Origin: Scyliorhinus canicula
Lineage: Eukaryota
Direction: 5' to 3'
Length of the DNA stretch: 64,000 nt
NCBI RefSeq assembly: GCF_902713615.1
Contig: NC_052147.1
Coordinates: 166,760,410 to 166,824,409 of the forward strand
Shown here one piece after another: positions 21,688 through 35,518 of this stretch; the stretch's first letter is position 1, and each line of letters begins with the position of its first letter. Below the pieces are notes generated by a model. The model was not told the origin of the DNA, made no database searches, and was given only the letters and a program-made list of their open reading frames with translations. The position numbers and the translations under genes are program-made.

Positions 21688-23689
21688 TTAACTGATGTCT
21701 AGTTTTCTGGCCTTACGGGCCCTTACACTATGCCTAGGTGGTACCCCAGATGGTACAGCAGGAGTGAAGGTGGACTGCTGTGAATCCTGCCCTGCGTAAA
21801 GGTCCCCTTTGGCGCAAGTCTTCTGGGGCGACCTGGCCTGGTGGGGCTCGGCTGCTGCTCGGACATCCCGAGTGGCATGGTGCTGCCCTGTTCTGCCCGT
21901 TGCCCACCAGATGCACCATGGATGGGGAAGAGGGAGTAGAGTCCAAGGTGCTGCGCTGTTCTGGCACCTCCCCTGCAGGGGTCTCCTTCTCCCTCGGGGT
22001 GCCCAATGGCTCCCGGGCTACTCCATGGGACGGGGGAGCGAGCGGAACCACCCCTGAGGTCCCCCTTCCAGCTGGCACTGCCAGTCCTGAAAGCCCTCTC
22101 TGGTCTCTAACAGGATCTGCACGTTTGGGGCCATGGAGCACAGGGAGTGGACCATTTCCACCTGGGACTGTACCACCACCCTGCAGGTCCGTGCCACATC
22201 AGCCAGTTACTGGCCCACATGCCTCTGGGACTGGGCCACTTCCCTCTGGGACTTGGACATCCCGCCCAGTGTTTGCGCCACGCCGACCAGGGCCTTGGCA
22301 ATGCTGCTGATGCTCACAGCCTAGGCCTGCTGTAACTGGGTCACGTTGAGGAGCGTCGCTGCGATGTCCAGGTGGCTCTGGCACATGGCTGCCTGTGAGG
22401 GGGCAACACAGTCCTGGGTCTCGGCTAGCGCCTGCACAGAATGCCCCAGGCTTTGCACAATCTGACCCATATCCGATACTGTCACCACCATTGCCTCCAC
22501 CGCGGACACAACCCGTACGGTGTCGGCCTGGGTGGCATGCATGACCGACACCACCCCCTGCTCCTGCACGTGGATGGACTCCTCCACCTGCGCCTGCTGT
22601 CATCCCCTCCTGGAGTTCCTGGGTCCCTGACTGTATTTCAACTGTGGCTGGGACTGGACGTTCCAGGAGCCTGCGACCCGTCTGTGCGGCAGCTGGTTCC
22701 TCGTGCTGACCTGCTCTCCGACTGTCCGGCTCCTCGGTGGCTCCACCGCCACCTGCTGTACCGGATAGTATGTGTGGTAAGCACCAGATTATGTTCCAGG
22801 AGCCCCTCCAGGAAATTGCCCAACCGAGGTGATGGTCTCTGAGATGGTGGAGTATGTCCTGTGTGTCACAAGGCGGCATGTATGGTTAGGGAGCGATACG
22901 GGGGGTCATGGGGGGGGGGGGGTGGGGGGCGGGGTTATGTGGATTGCGGGGGTGAATGGGTTGTGAGGAGGGGGGCGGGGTTGAGGGGGGTGCGGGTTGG
23001 GGGGGTGGAGTTGAGGAAGGTGACGAGTTATAGGGGGGGGGGGTCCACACATGTGTTCTGGGGATCCGCAACTAAGTTGGGTCTCATTTATTCGCCCGCT
23101 GCCGACCTCCGCCTTGGTGACCTCCCTTTCCTCTGGGCCGCTGACCACGCCCAGTGGCCTCTGCACGGACATGGTGAGGGGCCGAGGTCTGGTGGTCCCC
23201 CTCCCAGCGGTTGTGCATGGCCTTCTCCTGGGGGTGGGTGGGCAAACACAAACACCGACACTGTTATACGTTCCGACGCATGCAGCCCAGGGGTTGGCGA
23301 GATGATGGCAGCAGTGACCAGGCCATTGCGGCTGGCATGGGTGCTTGTATGTGGGGCAGGGTGGGGGGTTTGGATGTCCTCGTGGGAAAGGGGCCAGGTT
23401 GCGGGTGTGTGGGGGGTGCAGGGCTAGTGCCAGGGGCACAGCACTGCCTACTCACCCTGGCCGCCCTAAGAAGGTTGTGCTGTTTCTTCCTGCATTGGAT
23501 GCCAGTCCGCACAGCATTGCCCACAGCGCTGACCGTGTCTGCCACCTGCGCCCTGGCATGGTGAATGGCAGCTTCTGGTGGCCTTCCTCCCGGACCGGGG
23601 TACAGGATCATCTGCCTGTCCTCCGCGGCGTCCATGAGGGTGTCCAGCTCAGCGTTCCTGAACCATCGCACAGCTCTAATTCCTGCCAC
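21688..23689 (-). pseudogene. Harbinger Myb/SANT-like (Myb_DNA-bind_5) gene, spliced and decayed (copy A)
   Basis: Exon 1 at 23456-23689 (FRNAELDTLMDAAEDRQMILYP...AQVADTVSAVGNAVRTGIQCRKKQHNLLRAAR|gtgagt). Exon 2 at about 23088-23227 (EKAMHNR...). Last exon has a coiled-coil-like region and a basic tail. GTG at the expected start position. Frameshifts present. Confidence 0.85.
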
Positions 23690-24710
23690 CTTGTTGAGTG
23701 GGACGGTGGGTGTGGGGGATGGATCGTTTAAGTGCAACTACAGCGTATGATTCTCGTGTGTGGCAATCACGGACCCGACTAACACGATGCCATTTTGCTT
23801 GGAACCGGTTGCGTTCCACGTGGCGATGGTGCTAGCCTATTTAGAGTTGCTGAATCGGTGCACCTGTTGATGTGTTTTTGCTGTCATAAAAGACCACTGT
23901 TCCCACGCCGGCGTCAGCACTTAGTCTCAAAATCAGGGAATCCAGCCCAATATCTTTTCTCCCAAACTAATCATCTGTTTGTCACCTTTGCTTTTCCTCG
24001 TATCTTTCCAAGTCACCAGTATCATTGCTTTGATTCTAGTTTTGTACGTAATTTCTTCAATTTAATATTGTCACTTAACTCTTTATTTATCATTGGATTT
24101 CTTTTATTGACTTATAGATGAAAAGGAAAAAGTTGGAATCTATGGGAAAGTTGTGGAGGATTGTGCCTAATTGGATAACTCATTCAAAGAACACAGCAGG
24201 TGGAGTGGGATGAACCATGATCTCCATTTTGTGATTCAATAACTCTCGGTCACATTGCTGTTTCTGAGCTGGAGGATGTCATCTCTGGTAACGGAATTTG
24301 CCATTATGTCAAAATTATGTTCTGTTTCAGTCACCCAGCGCCTCTTTCCTCCTTCACTGACTTTTGTTTGGTTAAGGATCCAGCTCCTCGCTTCCCACTT
24401 TAGAACAAACATTCTAAAAATGACTTTGATCACTCTGTCACCTGACTTTCTATTGTTCTGTTTATTGTTCTAATGCGGCTTCAGGTCAACAGAACTTGTT
24501 AAAATATGAAACTGAGTCTGGACTGTAACAACACCCCACAAGATTGCTGAGTATGCACTGTAAGAAACAACACCCCTCAGCACTGCAGCCATAATATCAT
24601 GCACCAAAGATTCAGAAACAGCTTCTTTCCTGCTGTTACCAGACTCCTGAATGGCCCCATTATGGACTGAGTTGACCTTCGCTACAGTCATAGTACTATA
24701 CTCCGTATGC

Positions 24711-25250
24711 ACAAATTAAGTTGGTTGTGGTGATTGGAAGACAATCATCTCAGTTCCAGGACATCAGTGCAGTAGTTCCTCAGGGTAATGTCCTAGGCCC
24801 AACCATCTTCAACTGATTCATCAATGACCTCCCTTCCATATAAGGTCAGAAATGGGGATGATTGCGGATGCCTGCACAATGTTCAGCACCATTCGCGACT
24901 CCTCAGATAATGAAGCAGTCCATGTCCAACTGCAGCAAGACCTGGACAATATCCAGGCAAGTTACATTCACGCCACACAAGGGTCAGGCAATGACCATCT
25001 CCTACAAGAGAGGATCTAACCACCGTATCTTGACATTCAATGGCATTACTATCCACCAGAATCAACATACAGGGGGTTACCATTGATCAGAAAATGAACT
25101 GGACTAGTCACAGTAATAATACTGTGGCTACCCCAAGGACTGCAGCAGTTCAAGGAGGCAACTCACCACCAGCTTCTGTGGGCCAACTAGGGATGGGCAA
25201 TAAATGCTGGCTTGGACAGCAACTCCCACATCACAAAAATGAATTTAAAA
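24711..25250 (+). mobile_element. Non-LTR retrotransposon RT fragment (CR1/L2/jockey group, distinct from the CR1 above)
   Basis: VPQGNVLGPTIF...INDLP, IADACT, QQDLDNIQ and GVTIDQKMNW remnants. A longer paralog lies at 49730-51430. Confidence 0.75.
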
Positions 25251-25799
25251 ATTGCAAGACCCGATGTCCATGTTTATGTATTTACATCATGCATTTAACA
25301 TGTGTTCTATGTTTTCATGGATGGAGCAATGTGCCTGAACTGAACGCAGACCAATACTTTTCACTGCATTTCGGTACATGTGACAATAAATCTAAATCAA
25401 ATGTACATCTAATCGCCATACAATTACGTGTATTGCTAAAATTTCGATAGCGTTTGGAGTACAATCTGGAAGCAAAACACACAGGCATTTATGCATCAGC
25501 CATTATGTAGAGTGCTGAAAAAAAGCACATTGTTCTGAAAAGGTACATCTGCATTTTAACCGGTTTTGCAGTCAGCTTCAGCACTGAGGCTGAACTATTG
25601 GGAACATACATGGTTGAATGTGTAATGCCAATTCTTCAGTAATGTCAGTGAAAGCACTGTACAGTATCAGAACACAATGGATTCCAATACATTGTTGCCT
25701 TCTTCACACAATTAAAATGAGACGGAGGCAATACACATTCAGTGATACTCAGGTGCGTTAAATGGTTCTATTTAGTGTATGTGACATGTATTTTGCTGC

Positions 25800-25880
25800 T
25801 TTTGTGCTGAGTTGAAACTATTGCAATCATTAAAATAACAAAAGTACAGTCCAGGGAGGCAATTCTGTCCAACATATAAA
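25800..25880 (+). promoter_or_regulatory. Crystallin gene 2 proximal promoter
   Basis: TATAAA at 25875-25880, with TTTTGTGCTGAG and AACAAAAG conserved. Confidence 0.65.
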
Positions 25881-25941
25881 TACCAAACTGTGTGAAGTGG
25901 TGAAACATAGTCAGTTACTCGGCTAAACCACTGAGCTCAAT

Positions 25942-27047
25942 ATGGGGAAGGCAAGGATAAATCAGAGTTTATATATTGAATTGGAATTCTTCATAGCCTA
26001 ATTTGACAAGTTATTAATTTACAAACCTGTGACTTTTTCCACAGATTATCTTTTACGAGGACAGGAACTTCCAGGGTCGGCACTATGAGTGCAGCAGTGA
26101 CTGTGCTGACCTGTCCCCTTACTTCAGCCGCTGTAACTCCGTCCGTGTTGAGAGTGACTGGTGGGTGATGTATGAGAAACCCAATTACATGGGATACCAG
26201 TATGTTCTGAGCAGGGGAGAATATCCTGACTACCAGCGCTGGATGGGATTCAATGACAACATCAGATCATGTCGCTCCTACCCACATGTAAGTTACTTCT
26301 GGTGATTTTTATTTTGTATCCTAACTAAGCCTTAAAAATGATCAGTGTGCTGAACATTTGACTTTATGCACATCAGCTCTGAAGAGTCATCAGCTGTTTT
26401 GGCAGGACTGATTTTAACTTTGGTCAGTGGTGGTTAACAGGTAGTTAATTGTCTGCCTGTCAAACATCCAGCCTGATTTACCAATCCACTGACAAGTCTA
26501 TCTGTCAATCCCTGAAGTTAATTTTGTAATTTTTCAGACACTGTTAAGTTGTGCGAGATGGACCTTAATGTATTGGTTGTGCAAGCTGGGGCTACGTCTG
26601 GGTGTCATGTCGACACTCTGTTGCAAAATCTACTATAATTACATACATATATTGTCGATTAATCAAATATTTAGAATTGAAATCCATATTGATGCATTGA
26701 CATTGCCGAACTACATGAAACAAATGTATTTTTATTATTTAATCATTAATATAATCTTATTTCTATTACAGTACCGAGGTGGAAACTACAGAATGAGGAT
26801 TTACGAGAGGCCTGACTTTGGAGGACAGATGATGGAATTCATGGATGACTGTCCATCTGTCTACGATCGTTTCCGTTACCGTGACATCCACTCCTGCCAT
26901 GTGATGGACGGTTACTGGAACTTCTATGAACATCCCAACTACAGAGGCCGACAGTACTTCATGAGACCCGGTGAATACAAGAGATACAGTGACTGGGGCG
27001 GCTACAACTCAACTATCGGATCTTTCAGACGCATGAGGGATTTCTAG
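25942..27047 (+). CDS. Gamma-crystallin, copy 2 (175 aa); exons 25942-25950, 26045-26287, 26772-27047
   Basis: Same 9/243/276-nt exons, no stops. GC-AG intron 1 (94 nt) and GT-AG intron 2 (484 nt). AATAAA at 27097. 7 aa differences from copy 1. Confidence 0.96.
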
Positions 27048-30000
27048 TTTTTCATTGTAAAATATGATCTTATTTTATTGAATCAGTTGTTAACATAATA
27101 AATACTCTCTATTACACTGTCATCTTGTTTAAATCACATATTTTTAGTCCTTGACAGAAACTGTTCAAAGCAGTGTGACTTATCCGTGGGAACCTGCACA
27201 ATATCTCACCACAGTGATCTCAAGTTTGCGATCAGCATTAAAATATAAAAGTAGAGAAGCAGCAAATGTGTGGACTGATCCTGCAGAAAAACTGGGTCAC
27301 TGCCAATCCTTTGCTGATCTTATTCCCGTATCAGCCTCCCCGAACAGACGCCGGGATGTGGCGACGAGGGGCTTTTCACAGTAACTTCATTTGAAGCCTA
27401 CTTGTGACAATAAGCAATTTTCATAAAGTTTGTGCGGTCAACAGGGAATGATCTCATTTATCTGGGTACTTCAGGCACCTTTTTGCTAGATATAGTGATC
27501 TGTTGGTGGTGGCCAGTGGGTTTGGGAATTTGAGGGTGGCAGGTGGAACCTGATGCCAGGAGAGAAGTGTTAATTTTTCCTTGCAGATCGTTGGGGGTCG
27601 TTGGTTTTCTTCTGACATTGGATGGAGCTCCTCCTTGTTCTGCTGCCTGAACCTCACAGCAGCTGCCACTGCCTCCCAGGCAGCATTGGTGACCCTGCTG
27701 CTAGTCCTCCAACCTCCTCGGGAGAACAGGATGTCAAGTCTCTCATTCACAGCATTGAGAAGCTTGGCCAGGTCGTCATCACCAAAGCCAGGAGCAGGTC
27801 TGCGCACTGCCATGTTTGTACATTGACTGGATTGAGTGGTGAGGGAGGACTTAAAAACAGATCCCTCTTGTTAGCGACGAGGATCTGAGGCAGAAAATAC
27901 AACTGGTTAACTATTAGCTTGTTCCTGAATTCCCATTTTAACTTGCCTCTATAGTTTGAGCAATACAGCCTCCCACCCCCGACCCCACAGGCTTCCTGGA
28001 CAGAGAGATAGTGCAATCACCACCTCTTACCATGCAGAGCACAGCCCTTTGGATCAATTCATTGGCCACCAGCAAAGCAATCAAACCAAATCCCAACCCC
28101 CATCTCTCACTGGTGCCTAAATGTCTGCATCTCCAGTTTAAACCAGCAAGTGATCTCACCTTAAACTTCTGGATTCTTCAACTAAACTTAAGACAGGCTA
28201 CTTGCCTTAAAGATGCATGTCCATTAATCATCTGTGGATCAAAATATGAAAGGCAAAATAAAAGAAAGGGGGAATAAAGGCAATAAGCATGAAGGTTCCT
28301 TCCAACTTCAATTGGAACCCAAAAAGTGGAAGTGATGTGACTAGGGTGTTAATGATTTCAAACTTCCACTCCAGGTGATGGGCTGTCAGTGTCTTTAAAA
28401 TGATGGTTTCATGTGGTTACTTCCACTCCTTCACACTTCTGTCGTAAACCATCCTCATTACATCAAAATATTTATTTTCCTGGCTTTCTAAACATAAACA
28501 AAAACATTGCCCGAATACTTGCTGAATCTTTGTCTGTGAGATAGGTTGCAGAGTGTCAATTTCACTGGTACATACAAACAATGTACATTTATATTTTATA
28601 TCTCTCTGAATTACTTTTTCAACAATTGCAATGTGGTTGTTACAAAATGTTAACTGCCAAGAATGAATTGGTTCAAATTGTGCATACATGCTGGTGTGTC
28701 ATAATCCCAACATGATTCGTTCACTTCCGAAATATGTTGAAATCCAAACGGGATGCCGAGACATCCACTTATATATCCAATTCTGTCTTTAACCCAAGAT
28801 TCTGATTTCAACATGCAGTACACATATTTTCCGAGCTCATTCAGGTGTGATGTGGCTGGACAATCTTCTTACTTCACTACATTACCTGAACATTTATGGA
28901 TGAATTATAGCACAGTTTAGATAGAGAACGAACTCCTTCCTCTGATACACTGATAACATTTTCAACCAGCTTTTCTTTGGCCTCTTACTTTGTGCCAAAT
29001 TTCAGGCCCTCTGGGTGCAAGTGAAGATACGAAAGAATAATCAAAAAAATGTTAGAAACTTTTTTCTGAGATTGGTACATGCTGTTTTCAGCTGTTTCTA
29101 ATTCACCTTAAAATTCTCTCACTTAAAAACTATTTCCCTGTTCTCACGGATAATAGTGCATAGAGGATGTCTCAACTGCCTTTGACTTTAACACTGCAGA
29201 TATGTCTGGAAAAAAGTTGAGTCGATAAACACAGTCCAGCATAGTGAAGCATGTTACCACTTTGATACATATTATTGCTTTTGGAGCCATGCGATTATTG
29301 AATAGTGGCACAGGCTGGGTGGGCCAAATAGACTAATCCTGCTCCTGATAACGTGGCTGGCACTGAGGACTTTGGTTGAATTAATGACATTGGGATTACT
29401 GCCAGGATATTGAGCATTAACCTGCATGGTTCACTACTTATAGTCAAATACTAACTTCGTATGAGGGAGTTGAAACGTTTTGGTTCAAGTAGGTAATGTC
29501 CCAGATGACCATCGACCCCTTTCCCCTTTGAGGGGGAGAGCAGAGTACTGGTGATTTAACCTGAGAATCACCACACCTCAGGCAAGGGGCAAGGCTGAGA
29601 AAGCGGGGCTTCATGGATAACCTCAGCCAGGAATTGAACCCGTGCTGTTGGCCTCACTCTGCATCACAATCCAGCCGTCCAGCCAACTGATCTACACCGA
29701 CTCCAGTACATAAGAGAGTTGAGGTCAGATGTACACAAAGATATGTGCTGACACTCAATGGCACCCGGCATTATGGAAAAGTCCAGAATCCTGAAAAAAC
29801 CTTGTTCTCACTCGACCTGCTTATCTTTGCTATGTCAGAAGGAGATGAATTTGTATAGAGAGCCTCATCATGCAAACTCCATAATGTTGCTTGCATATCC
29901 AGGAACCCCATTAAAGGAACCTGATGCATAAAAGTTCATAATTCCCGTCATTTTGACAACCACAGACAATGTGATCCTTGACCTGCCGTGAGGTTACAAA

Positions 30001-30108
30001 GGAAGTAGAAGCAGAAGTCGGCCATTCAAACTCTCAACCCTGCTCCGCCAATCATCTTGTCGATGACTGATCTTCTATCTCAACGCTATTTTCCCGCACT
30101 TTCCCCAT

Positions 30109-30412
30109 TGTGGTGAATGACATTCACACGGTATTATAATCTGTATATATGTATCAATATTGTAAGTGCAGTTGCACTACCTGACCACCAGGGGGAGTAG
30201 CTCTAGGAATACTCAAGAGTTTGTACTGGGCTCCTCCCTTGGCTCCGCGCAGTACTCCTCCCCCTGGAGCTGCTGTATAAAGATCTGTGCCACAGGGTTA
30301 GCCAGCCAGTTCACCGAAAGTTCAACGGCTAACAGGCTGGCTCTGTTGTAAGTATATTAAAACCGCTATTCTAATCCTACAGCACGTGTCCGTCGAATTG
30401 TTGGTTCCAACA
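30109..30412 (+). mobile_element. Solo LTR (304 bp)
   Basis: TGTGG...CCAACA ends and a perfect 5-bp TSD CCCAT. Empty sites at about 14695 and 56516. Internal TATAAA and ATTAAA. Confidence 0.9.
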
Positions 30413-32242
30413 CCCATATCTCTGATATCTTAAATATCTAGACATTACCAATCTCTGTCTTGAACATAGTCAATGATGAGACTTCACAGCCCTCAGAGGG
30501 TAGTGAATTCCAAAGATCCATCACTCTCTGAGTGAAGGAAATCATCTTAATCTCAATTCTAAATGTTCCACCCCTTATTCTTGAACTATCCCCACAGGTT
30601 ATAGATACCCCACCTCCCCACGCCAGCAAGGGCAAACATCCATCCTCCATCTACCCTGGTGATCCCCCAAAGAATTTTGTAAGTTTCATGAAATCGCCTC
30701 TCATTCTTCTGAGCCTTGGAAAATACAGACCCATTCTCTTCAATCTATCCTTTTAGGACAATCCCGCCAACCCAGGAATCAGTCCAGAGAATCTCCACTG
30801 CACTCACTTTATGGCAGGTTTGCCCTTCTTTACGTAAGGAGACTAAAACTATAAAGGACGAAGAGCCATTTAAATTGGCGGACCTTCCCTAAAAAAGGCA
30901 CTGTGGGGCTCCACTGGTTCTCCAGCCAATTGGTGAGTCCCTGCTTATTTCCATTAAATTCAACCAAAAATCAACTCCGGCGGGCAATGGTATCTGGCCG
31001 AAATCGAGGTCCGAGTCGGGTGGTGAAACAACAGCTATGCTCTGGCCCTTCTGCTGGCGGTGGGATCAGGCTTCACGCCCACCAGTGGATACGCCTGGGT
31101 CCTAAACATCTATTTTAAGCTGCCAATTTGGGTGGGCGGCCCGATAGTGGAATTCCCCCAACTATCCCTCGTATTCTTCGCACATCAATTTGCATTGTGA
31201 TGGATACAAAATTCCTTCCTGAGTTGCGCTCCCAGTGGGAGCACTAATCCGTTCCAATTCACCCCCAGCGGGAGAACATGGTGCTGGATTCTCCGTGCTG
31301 CCACACTAGTTTTGTGGGCAGCCCCACACCGTCGTGAAATCCCGGGGCTTGGGTGCATTGCCAGTGCAACGGAGAATCCTGACAGCGGAGAAAAATAGTT
31401 TTCCAAACGGAGAATCCTGGCCGCTGTAAAGGACTTTGGGGGAAGTGATGGTGGAAATTGCAATGGGACTGGTCATATTCTTCCAATCTCCCTTAGATAT
31501 GGAAATGTTGTCAGAAGTCTGGAGAATTCCAAATATTACATCCTTATCAAATAAATATGAAAACTCAACAACTACAAGCTAGTCAGTTTACTCTCAATAG
31601 TGCGCCATCTTTTTGAAACATTAATCTGGGACAAACTGTACGTGACTGGGAGAAATATGGATTACTTAAGGAAAGACACCCAAAATTTGTTAAATGCAAA
31701 TTGTGTTTATCGCTCTTGATGAAACTTTTTGTTTTCTGAAGTAACGGAGACAATTGATGAGAGTAATGTGATTGATGTTGTCCAGTAGTATTTCCAAATG
31801 TGATTGATAAACTGCCGCCTGTTCAGCTGCTCGTAAGATTGAAAATCATGGAATTATTGGGAAAGTGGCCACATTGATATAAAGTTGACTGAGTGACAGG
31901 AAACAGATTAACTGTGAATGTTTATTATTCCTATTCGCTGAAGGTGTTCCTGAAAAATATAGTGAGGGCCAATTGTGATGTTGAAAGTTTTGATCGGGCC
32001 ACATGTGAGCGGGGAGGGGGGTCAGAGTTGTGAGAAGGGGTGAGAGGGGAACGATGGTTTTCCCCACAATTATATTGCAAACCCTGACGGGCTGTTCTCG
32101 CCAGTGGAATCTTCTGGTCCTGTCGGGTGCCACCAGCAAGGTCAGCATTTGTTGCCCATCCCTAATTGCGATGGCCTTTCCTACTTCTTTTAAGTAAGAA
32201 GTCTTACAACACTAGGTTAATCTCCAACATGTTTGTTTCAAA

Positions 32243-32277
32243 CACTAGCTTTCAGAGCACTGCTCCTTCCTCAGGTG
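32243..32277 (-). ncRNA. Minimal type I hammerhead ribozyme motif (inverted pLTR copy)
   Basis: Minus strand reads CAC CTGAGGA A GGAGC AGT GCTCT GAAA GCTA GTG. Confidence 0.68.
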
Positions 32278-35001
32278 AATGAAGAGGTATGTTCTAGAAT
32301 CATCTATATAGACAAATTAAAAGATGGCAGACAATGCTTAGAATGCAAGCATTAGCAGGTGATTAAGTCACTACAGATCCAGAGATAGGGGTAACCCCAG
32401 GTTAAAAAGGTGTGAATTGTCTCAAGCCAGGAGAGTTGGTAGGATTTTGCAAGCCAAGGCCAGATGAGTCAACGATACGATGCCACCTATATGCACACCA
32501 AGAACAGGAAGCTTGAGAAACTCGGCATCACCACCAGCAGCAACCAAGCCACCCCCGGTACCACAGTAGAAAACAATACAGGGAAATCTATTGTCAACTT
32601 GTCGTCTACACCCTTCAACCGGACGAAATCGAAGTCCTCAGCAGAGGGCTCAATTTCTGCACCACCACCAAAATGGACCCCATCAGTCTCGCGGCAGACA
32701 CAGAGGAATTCATCAGGCGAATGAGGCTCCGGGAATTCTTCCACAGACCCCAAGAGGCCAACAGCAAACCCAAGGAGACTACCAATGAACTGGAACAGCA
32801 GACCGAGAGATCTGTGGTGCGGCAACCGAAGAGGAAAGAGTCGAATTAGACCCCTCCGGAAGGCCGCTGCCCTGGACTCAACATGTATGCTCAAGCCGTC
32901 AGGAGTCCCGTCAATGCCAGATTCATCAGTCGCATTCACAAGACAGCCCCGAACATCACCCAAGCACAACGCAATGCCATCCATGCTCTCAAGACCAACC
33001 ACAAAATCGTCATCAAACCAGCAGACAAAGGAGGGGCCACCGCCATACTGAACAGAACGGACTACTGCAAAGAAGTGTACCGACAACTCAACACCCAGGA
33101 ACACTATAGACAGTTAATCGCAGATCCGACCAAGAAACACATCCGCCAACTCTACAGACTGATAAAGACCTTGGATCCGGACCTTCAGAGCACCCTCCGT
33201 GCTCTCATCCCACGTACTCCCCGCATTGGAGATCTCTACTGCCTCCCGAAAATACACCAGGCCAACACACCAGGCCATCCCATCGTTTCAGGCAATGGGA
33301 CCCTGTGTGAGAACCTCTCTGGCTACATCGAGGGCATCTTGAAACCCATCGTACAAGGTACGCCCAGCTTCTGTCGCGACACGACGGACTTCCTGTAGAA
33401 ACTCAGCACCCATGGACCAGTTGAACCAGGAACATTCCTCGTCACAATGGATGTCTCGGCACTCTACACCAGCATCCCCCATGACGACGGCATTGCTGCA
33501 ACAGCCTCAGTCCTCAACACCGACAACTGCCAATCTCCAGACGCAATTCTGCAACTAATCCGCTTCATTCTGGATCACAACGTCTTCACCTTCGACAAAA
33601 AATTCTTCATCCAGACGCACGGAACAGCCATGGGGACCAAATTCACACCTCAATATGCCAACATCTTCATGCACAAGTTTGAACAAGACCTCCTCACCAC
33701 ACAGGACCTTCAACTGACGTTATACACCAGATACATCGATGACATTGTTTCCTTTGGACCCACAGCGAACAATCACTGAAACGACTACACGATGACATCA
33801 ATAAGTTCCATGCCACCATCAGACTCACCATGGACTACTCTCCAAAATCAGTTGCATTCTTGGACACACTCGTCTCCATCAAGGACGGTCAACTCAGCAC
33901 TTTGCTTTACCGCAAGCCCACGGATAACCTCATGATGCTCCGCTTCTTCAGCTTCCACCCTAAACACATTAAAGAAGCCATCCCCTATGGACAAGCCCTC
34001 TGTACACACAGGATCTGCTCAGACGAGGAGGAGCATAACAGACATCTATAGACACTGAAAGATGCCCTCGTACGAACGGGATATGGCGCTCGACGCATCG
34101 ATCGACAGTTCCAACGCGCCACAGCAAAAAACCGCACCGACCTCCTCAGAAGACAAACACGGGACAAAACCAACAGAGTACCCTTCGTCGTCCAGTACTT
34201 TCCCGGAGCGGAGAAACTATGACATCTTCTTTGCAACCTTCAATACGTCATCGATGAAGATGAACATCTTGCCAAGGTCATCCCCACACCCCCACTACTT
34301 GCCTTCAAACAACCGCGCAACCTCAAACAAACCATTGTTTGCAGCAAACTACCCAGCCTTCAGAGAACAGTTGACCATGACACCACAAAACCCTGCCATG
34401 GCAATCTCTGCAAGACGTGCCAGATCATCGACATGGATACCACCATTACATGTGAGAACACCACCCACTAGGTACGCGGTACATACTCGTGCAACTCGGC
34501 CAACGTTGTCTACCTCATACGTTGCAGGAAAGGATGTCCCGAAGTGTGGTACATTGGCGAGACCATGCAGACGCTGCGAAAACGAATGAACGGACATTGC
34601 GCGACAATCACAGGCAGGAATGTTCCCTTCCAGTCGGGGAACACTTCAGCAGTCAAGGGCATTCAGCCTCTGATCTCTGGGTAAGCGATCTCCAAAGCAG
34701 CCTTCAGGACTCGCGACAACGCAGAATCGCTGAACAGAAACTTATAGCCAAGTTGTGCACACATGAGTACGGCCTCAACCGGGGGGATTCATGTTGCATT
34801 ACATTCATCCCCACCATCTGGCCTGGGCTTGCGAAATCCTACCAACTGTCCTGGCGTGAGACAATTCACACCCCTTTAACCTGGGGTTACCCCTATCTGG
34901 ATCTGTAAAGATTCAATTACCTGCAAATGCTTGCATTCAAAGCATTGACTGGCATCTTTGAATTTGTCGATATAGATGTTTCTGGAACATACCTCTTCAT
35001 T

Positions 35002-35036
35002 CACCTGAGGAAGGAGCAGTGCTCCGAAAGCTAGTG
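35002..35036 (+). ncRNA. Minimal type I hammerhead ribozyme motif (3' pLTR)
   Basis: CAC CTGAGGA A GGAGC AGT GCTCC GAAA GCTA GTG. It has the CUGANGA and GAAA cores, a 5-bp stem II, palindromic AGCU in place of stem III, a CUA cleavage triplet and a CAC/GTG stem I. Confidence 0.75.
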
Positions 35037-35518
35037 TTTGAAACAAACATATTGGACTTTAACCTGGTGTTGTAAGACTTCTTATTGTGCTCACCCCAGT
35101 CCAACGCCGGCATCTCCACATCATACTTCTTTTAAATCCTAGCCCTGAGGATTTGTCAGGTTTTAGTATCATCATTTTCTTCATCCCTATTATTTTGCTT
35201 CAGTTAATTTGAGTGAGTCCTTGTCAATGGTTCAATATTATTTCCTTGGGATATCTGGCATGTTGACCTCTTCTTCTTCCATAAAAGCATCAATATTTAG
35301 CTTCCACCTTGTGATTATTATCATTGACAACATCAGTAATCAGTTTGCAAGGGGTTCACAATGCTCTTGAACTATGAGCCAGATTCTCCGTTTGCCAACG
35401 CCAAAATCGTGAAACGTGATTGGGTGGAGAATAGCTTCCGAAGCCGAATTTGCGGTAGACGCTGGTTTGACGTCAAATCAGGATGCTCCAGCATCGGCTA
35501 AATGTACAGTAGGCATAT

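Larger units (their letters stand above)
15843..23948. mobile_element. Full-length, inactivated Harbinger element (copy A) with nested insertions
   Basis: TIRs GGGCTAGATTCTCC and GGGAATCCAGCCC. TSD AAT at 15840-15842 and 23949-23951. Empty sites TTGAAC-AAT-AT are seen at about 8270-8285 and 59060-59075. Contains a transposase pseudogene (+) and a convergent Myb/SANT gene (-). Confidence 0.93.
32194..35123 (+). mobile_element. Penelope-like retroelement (RT + GIY-YIG), decayed, with an inverted 5' pLTR
   Basis: RT motifs IVIKPADKGG, LYCLPKIH, MDVSALYTSIP, GTAMGT and TRYIDD. GIY-YIG NVVYLIRCRKGCPEVWYIGET at about 34500-34565. 32194-32466 is an inverted copy of about 34815-35085. TSD TACTTCTTTTAA at 32182-32193 and 35124-35135. 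Empty sites near 8030 and 58495. Confidence 0.93.

Noticed and set aside
26568-26771. N-terminal extensions of the crystallin exon-3 ORFs (also 52953-53000)
   Set aside because: These are intronic read-through upstream of clear TTACAG acceptors.
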